Positions 60,676 through 64,000 of a DNA stretch of 64,000 nucleotides are shown piece after piece. This stretch comes from Acidimicrobiales bacterium. GTDB taxonomy: Bacteria; Actinomycetota; Acidimicrobiia; Acidimicrobiales; MedAcidi-G1. Every line of letters starts with the position of its first letter. The stretch's first letter is position 1. The DNA lies in contig JAAZZG010000005.1 in NCBI GenBank assembly GCA_014237715.1, positions 30,391 to 94,390 on the forward strand, written 5' to 3'. The notes under the pieces were generated by a model, which saw only the letters and a program-made list of their open reading frames with translations, made no database searches and was not told where the DNA came from. Position numbers and translations under genes: made by a program.

Positions 60676-61965
60676 TCAGCGGGACTCCAACAGATCCGGG
60701 CCCAGTTCGTCGACCGTGGAGGCCCCCACGAGGGCCATGGTGCGTTCGGTGCCCGAGCGGAGCAACTCCAGAACGTGGTCCACGCCCTGCTCGCCGGCCG
60801 CCGCCAACGCATAGAGGAAGAGGCGCCCACCCATGGTGGCGTCGGCGCCGGCAGCCACCGCCTTGACGATGTCGGACCCCCGACGGATACCTCCATCGCA
60901 GATCACCTCGATCCGGCCAGCTCCCGCTTCAGCCACTGCGGTGGCCACTGCACTGGCCACCGCTGGCACCAGATCAAAGGGTGCTGGGGCCGTGTCGAGC
61001 TGGCGTCCACCATGGTTCGACAGGATGATCCCCTCCACCCCGTGTTCGACGGCTAGCACGGCGTCGGCCACCGACTGGATGCCCTTCACGAGGATCGGCC
61101 CGTCCCAGACGGTGCGAAGCCACGCCACGTCGTCCCAAGACAGGCCATGGTCGAACTGGGCGTTCATGTAGCCAGCCAGGTCCACGGCCCTCTCACCGGT
61201 TCCCGGGGTGCCACCTGTTTCGGTGATCTCACCGGACCGAGCGCCTCCCCCACCGTTGGCCAGTCCCTCCACGTTGGCGAACCGGATCGGATCGGATCGG
61301 AGGAAACGCCACGTCCAACCCGGACGGCGTATCCCGTCCAGAAAGGTCCCGGGCCCGATCTCCGGTGGCAAGGTCAGGCCCCGCCGGACATCACGCTCCC
61401 GTCGACCCAGCATGGCCGTGTCGACTGTCAGGCAGATGGCCTCGAAGCTGGCCGCCGCGGCGCGGTCCAACAGGGCCTGTATGAGGTTGCGGTCGCGCCA
61501 GGCGTACACCTGGAACCACAACCGGGCGCCCGGCCCGGCCACCGCCGCACACTCGTCGATCGATCGGGTCCCCATGGTCGAGAGGGTGAACGGAATACCG
61601 GCCCGCCCGGCCGCCCGGACCACGGCCAGCTCGCCAGCCGGATCGGCGATGCGAGTGAACCCGGTGGGCGCCAACACCAGCGGGAAGGCCAGCGGGCGCC
61701 CCAGCAACGTGGTCGAGGTATCCAACTCGTCGAGGCCCTGCAGTACCCGCGGCCGAAACGTCGTCTCCCGGAAGGCCCGGACGTTGCGGTCCAGCGTCAG
61801 CTCATCCTCGGCCCCGCCGTCGATGTAGTCGAACACGCCGGCCGGGAGACGACGGCGGGCCATGTCCCGTAGGTCGTCGACGTTGGCGGCACCCCGCAGG
61901 CGTCGGGCCGTCCGATCGCCCACCGGGCGACGCAAGCGCACCACGGCCCGCAACGTTCGGATCAT
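60676..61965 (-). CDS. FMN-dependent alpha-hydroxy-acid dehydrogenase/oxidase (LldD / lactate monooxygenase family)
   Basis: ORF 60676..62043 trimmed to MIRTLRAVV (61965). FDYIDGGAEDE, ILSNHGGRQLD, GGIRRGSD. Confidence 0.85.
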   Translation of the reverse strand: MIRTLRAVVRLRRPVGDRTARRLRGAANVDDLRDMARRRLPAGVFDYIDGGAEDELTLDRNVRAFRETTFRPRVLQGLDELDTSTTLLGRPLAFPLVLAPTGFTRIADPAGELAVVRAAGRAGIPFTLSTMGTRSIDECAAVAGPGARLWFQVYAWRDRNLIQALLDRAAAASFEAICLTVDTAMLGRRERDVRRGLTLPPEIGPGTFLDGIRRPGWTWRFLRSDPIRFANVEGLANGGGGARSGEITETGGTPGTGERAVDLAGYMNAQFDHGLSWDDVAWLRTVWDGPILVKGIQSVADAVLAVEHGVEGIILSNHGGRQLDTAPAPFDLVPAVASAVATAVAEAGAGRIEVICDGGIRRGSDIVKAVAAGADATMGGRLFLYALAAAGEQGVDHVLELLRSGTERTMALVGASTVDELGPDLLESR

Positions 61966-61994
61966 GCCCACGGAAGGAACTGTCGAGAGGGGCG

Positions 61995-62270
61995 TCAGGC
62001 GCCTAGCTCGTCGGCCTTTCGCTTCTCGTAGATTTCCCGGCACGTTGGACAGACCGAAAAGCGGTCCGGATCACGGCCCGGCACCCAGACCTTGCCGCAC
62101 AGGGCCACCACCGGCTTACCAGTCACCGCCGACTTGACGATGTCGGACTTGCGGGCGTAGTGCGAGAACCGGTCGTGGTCGCCGTCGTCGAGGACCGGAT
62201 CGTCTAGGAGCGGATCGACCGGAGTGATCGTCTCGAGGTCCGAGAGGACCGCAAACTGCAAGGTGTGCAT
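61995..62270 (-). CDS. DUF3039-domain protein
   Basis: 91 aa. DRFSHYARKSDIVKSAVTGKPVVALCGKVWVPGRDPDRFSVCPTCREIYE matches the conserved actinobacterial DUF3039 pattern. Confidence 0.7.
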   Translation of the reverse strand: MHTLQFAVLSDLETITPVDPLLDDPVLDDGDHDRFSHYARKSDIVKSAVTGKPVVALCGKVWVPGRDPDRFSVCPTCREIYEKRKADELGA

Positions 62271-62282
62271 CGAGGTCGCCGA

Positions 62283-62747
62283 TCAGTCCGCGGCGTACCG
62301 GTCGAGCGAACCGTCGAGGCCGGACAACTTGTCGATCCGCCCAGTGTGGCGACCGCCCTCGAACTCGGCATCCAGCCAGGCCCGGAGGGCTTCGGATGCC
62401 ACCTCGGGCCCAATCAGGCGTTCGCCGAGGCAAATCACGTTGGCATCATTGTGCTGGCGGGTCAGGCGAGCCGACGTGACGTCATGCACGGTCGCCGCCC
62501 GGACCCCGGGAACCTTGTTAGCCGCCATGGCAATGCCGATGCCAGACCCACACACGCACAGGCCTAGTTCGGCGTCGCCGCCGACTACCGCCCGGCCCAC
62601 CGCTGCGCCGAAGTCCGGGTAATCGACCCGCTCGGACGAGTGGGCGCCCAGGTCGAGCACCTCGTGGCCGAGATCTCGTAACTCCCCGGCCAACTGCTCC
62701 TTGAGCGCGTATCCGGCGTGATCGGAACCGACGGCAATGGTGGCCAT
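62283..62747 (-). CDS. rpiB: Ribose-5-phosphate isomerase B
   Basis: 154 aa. [10 protein letters not shown] and [13 protein letters not shown]. Confidence 0.9.
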   Translation of the reverse strand: MATIAVGSDHAGYALKEQLAGELRDLGHEVLDLGAHSSERVDYPDFGAAVGRAVVGGDAELGLCVCGSGIGIAMAANKVPGVRAATVHDVTSARLTRQHNDANVICLGERLIGPEVASEALRAWLDAEFEGGRHTGRIDKLSGLDGSLDRYAAD

Positions 62748-62756
62748 GAGTCGAGG

Positions 62757-63386
62757 CTAGCGGTCGTCCCCGGGGCCGGCCGATCCCGGCTCTACCCGGA
62801 TTCCGGCCGCCTCCAGGTCAGCAGCGGTGAACGTGCCCTCACGGAGGATGACCGCCGGATCGACGGTCAGGTCGACCACCGTGGAGGGCATCCCGGTGCA
62901 CCGGCCATCGTCCAGCACTAGCAGGTCGCCGCCCAGGGATGCGGCCGCCGATGCGGCATCGGCAGGTGTGGGGTCGCCCGACCGGTTGGCCGATGTGGTG
63001 GCGATCGGCCCGACGGACGTCGCAACGGCCTGCACCAGGGCATGGTCGGGACACCGCACCCCCACCGTGGCCTCGTCGGATCCCGGAGCTGTCGGGAGCA
63101 CCATGGTCAACGGGCCCGGCCATGCCACCTCAGCCAGCGCGATCGTGCGCTCATCGACAACGGCCAGCGACCGGGCCTGATCCAGATCGGCGACCAGCAC
63201 GGCCACCCGTCGATCGGCCGGTCGACCTTTTCGCACGAATAGTTCCTCGACGGCCGACGAATTATCGGCTATGGCCGCCACGCCGTAGACGGTCTCAGTG
63301 GGCAGCACCACCACCCCACCCGCCTGCAGACACGCCACCGCGGCGTCCACCGCCCCGGCCGGATCGGTCGATATATCCAGTATCAC
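62757..63386 (-). CDS. tsaC: L-threonylcarbamoyladenylate synthase (Sua5/YwlC/TsaC family)
   Basis: 209 aa. VVVLPTETVYGVAA and KGRPADRRVAVLV. Confidence 0.85.
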   Translation of the reverse strand: MILDISTDPAGAVDAAVACLQAGGVVVLPTETVYGVAAIADNSSAVEELFVRKGRPADRRVAVLVADLDQARSLAVVDERTIALAEVAWPGPLTMVLPTAPGSDEATVGVRCPDHALVQAVATSVGPIATTSANRSGDPTPADAASAAASLGGDLLVLDDGRCTGMPSTVVDLTVDPAVILREGTFTAADLEAAGIRVEPGSAGPGDDR

Positions 63387-63416
63387 GGTGCGCTCGGCAT
63401 CACTGCGTGTCCAGCA

Positions 63417-64000
63417 TCACGGCCGGCGGGCCACCAGGGCCCGGTCCCGGTCCGCCAGATCCCGATAGACGACCACGTCGACGAACCCGCCGGACCAGGC
63501 CAGGTCGGCCATTACCCCGATCTGGTCGGGCGCCATCTCCAGCACCAGCGCGCCACCGGGAGCCAGCCAGCCCGGAGCCCCCTCGATCAGGATTCGTACG
63601 TCGGCCGTTCCCTGATCGTCTGCGTACAGGGCGGCATCGGGTTCCCAATCGGCCACCTCGGACGGCAGCCCGTCGTCTCTGGCCACGTACGGCGGGTTGG
63701 ATGCGATCACGTCGAGCCGGCCCCACAGGTCAACAGGCAGGGCGTCGAACCACGAGCCCTCGGCCAGGGTGACCCGCTGGGCCGGACGTCCCAGCCCCAC
63801 GCAGTTGGCTCGGGCCACGGCCAACGCATCGGACGAGGCGTCGGTGCACCACACCCGGGTACCCACCCGTTCAACAGCAACCGATAGGCCAATTGCGCCC
63901 GAGCCGGTGCCCAGATCGGCAACCAGCACCGGTTCTGATGACAGGTCACGCCCCACGGCGAACCGGTCCACCTCGTCGAGTACCAGCCCGGCCACCACCT
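63417..64000 (-). CDS. prmC: Release-factor glutamine N5-methyltransferase PrmC/HemK; 5' end beyond the right window edge
   Basis: ORF 63417..63998. ADLGTGSGAIG SAM motif and IASNPPYV. Only about 194 aa are visible, and the N-terminal third expected for PrmC is missing, so the gene continues past 64000. Confidence 0.8.
   Translation of the reverse strand, partial: VVAGLVLDEVDRFAVGRDLSSEPVLVADLGTGSGAIGLSVAVERVGTRVWCTDASSDALAVARANCVGLGRPAQRVTLAEGSWFDALPVDLWGRLDVIASNPPYVARDDGLPSEVADWEPDAALYADDQGTADVRILIEGAPGWLAPGGALVLEMAPDQIGVMADLAWSGGFVDVVVYRDLADRDRALVARRP

Noticed and set aside
1-64000. Search for CRISPR arrays, tRNA/rRNA genes, IS elements, integrases, prophage or defence-system genes (nucleases, helicases, STAND ATPases, retron RT, toxin-antitoxin pairs)
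   Set aside because: Intergenic space is minimal, mostly under 120 bp. No repeat-spacer periodicity, cloverleaf-like segments, terminal inverted repeats or hallmark motifs were seen, and the composition is uniform. The window looks like core chromosome rather than a mobile or defence island.

Overview
High-GC (about 68-70% by eye), very gene-dense window. I call 63 protein-coding genes. I see no rRNA, tRNA, CRISPR array, IS or transposase, or phage genes. F420 genes (cofC, Mer-like LLM), mycothiol-type DinB/MDMPI proteins, imuA'-imuB behind a TCGAAC-N4-GTTCGA SOS box, PAC2 and DUF3039 point to an Actinomycetota-type chromosome. All family calls come from reading motifs in the supplied translations; no database search was run.

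Layout:
- 1-16153 (minus strand): a 13-gene, largely translationally coupled operon for uptake and breakdown of a purine-like N-heterocycle. It holds a BMP-type ABC importer, two different molybdenum hydroxylases, two cyclic amidohydrolases, two carbamoylase-type hydrolases, an F420-type LLM oxidoreductase and a YkoF-like protein.
- 16.2-18.6 kb: a divergent HTH_22 regulator plus amidase, then a phosphoribosyltransferase.
- 18.7-21.3 kb: the SOS-controlled imuA'-imuB mutasome genes.
- 21.3-29.7 kb: mixed housekeeping genes (rnhB, gpsA, TrmH, cofC) and several uncharacterised membrane or hypothetical genes.
- 29.7-36.7 kb: an ABC-2 exporter, a PhnZ-like HD protein and an ADH/P450/SDR group.
- 37.6-43.2 kb: a sulfatase island (MFS, AtsA-like sulfatase, isochorismatase-like protein, STAS-less SulP).
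- 45-54 kb: an igr-like acyl-CoA side-chain degradation cluster. It contains an SCP-x-type thiolase, a Cys-poor HMG-CoA-synthase-like/DUF35 fusion, two ACADs, two hotdog hydratases, a family III CoA-transferase and a PEP-utilising-domain protein.
- 54-60 kb: thiol-redox and LLM/ligase/TetR genes.
- 60-64 kb: conserved housekeeping genes (lldD-like, rpiB, tsaC, prmC).

The best candidates for undescribed biology are the non-canonical N-heterocycle operon, which lacks every canonical urate ring-opening enzyme I can recognise, and the thiolase plus pseudo-HMGCS/DUF35 module.

The ORF track reports the longest ORFs using ATG, GTG and TTG starts. Many starts were therefore trimmed using gene overlaps, SD-like sequences and family N-termini, and remain uncertain.
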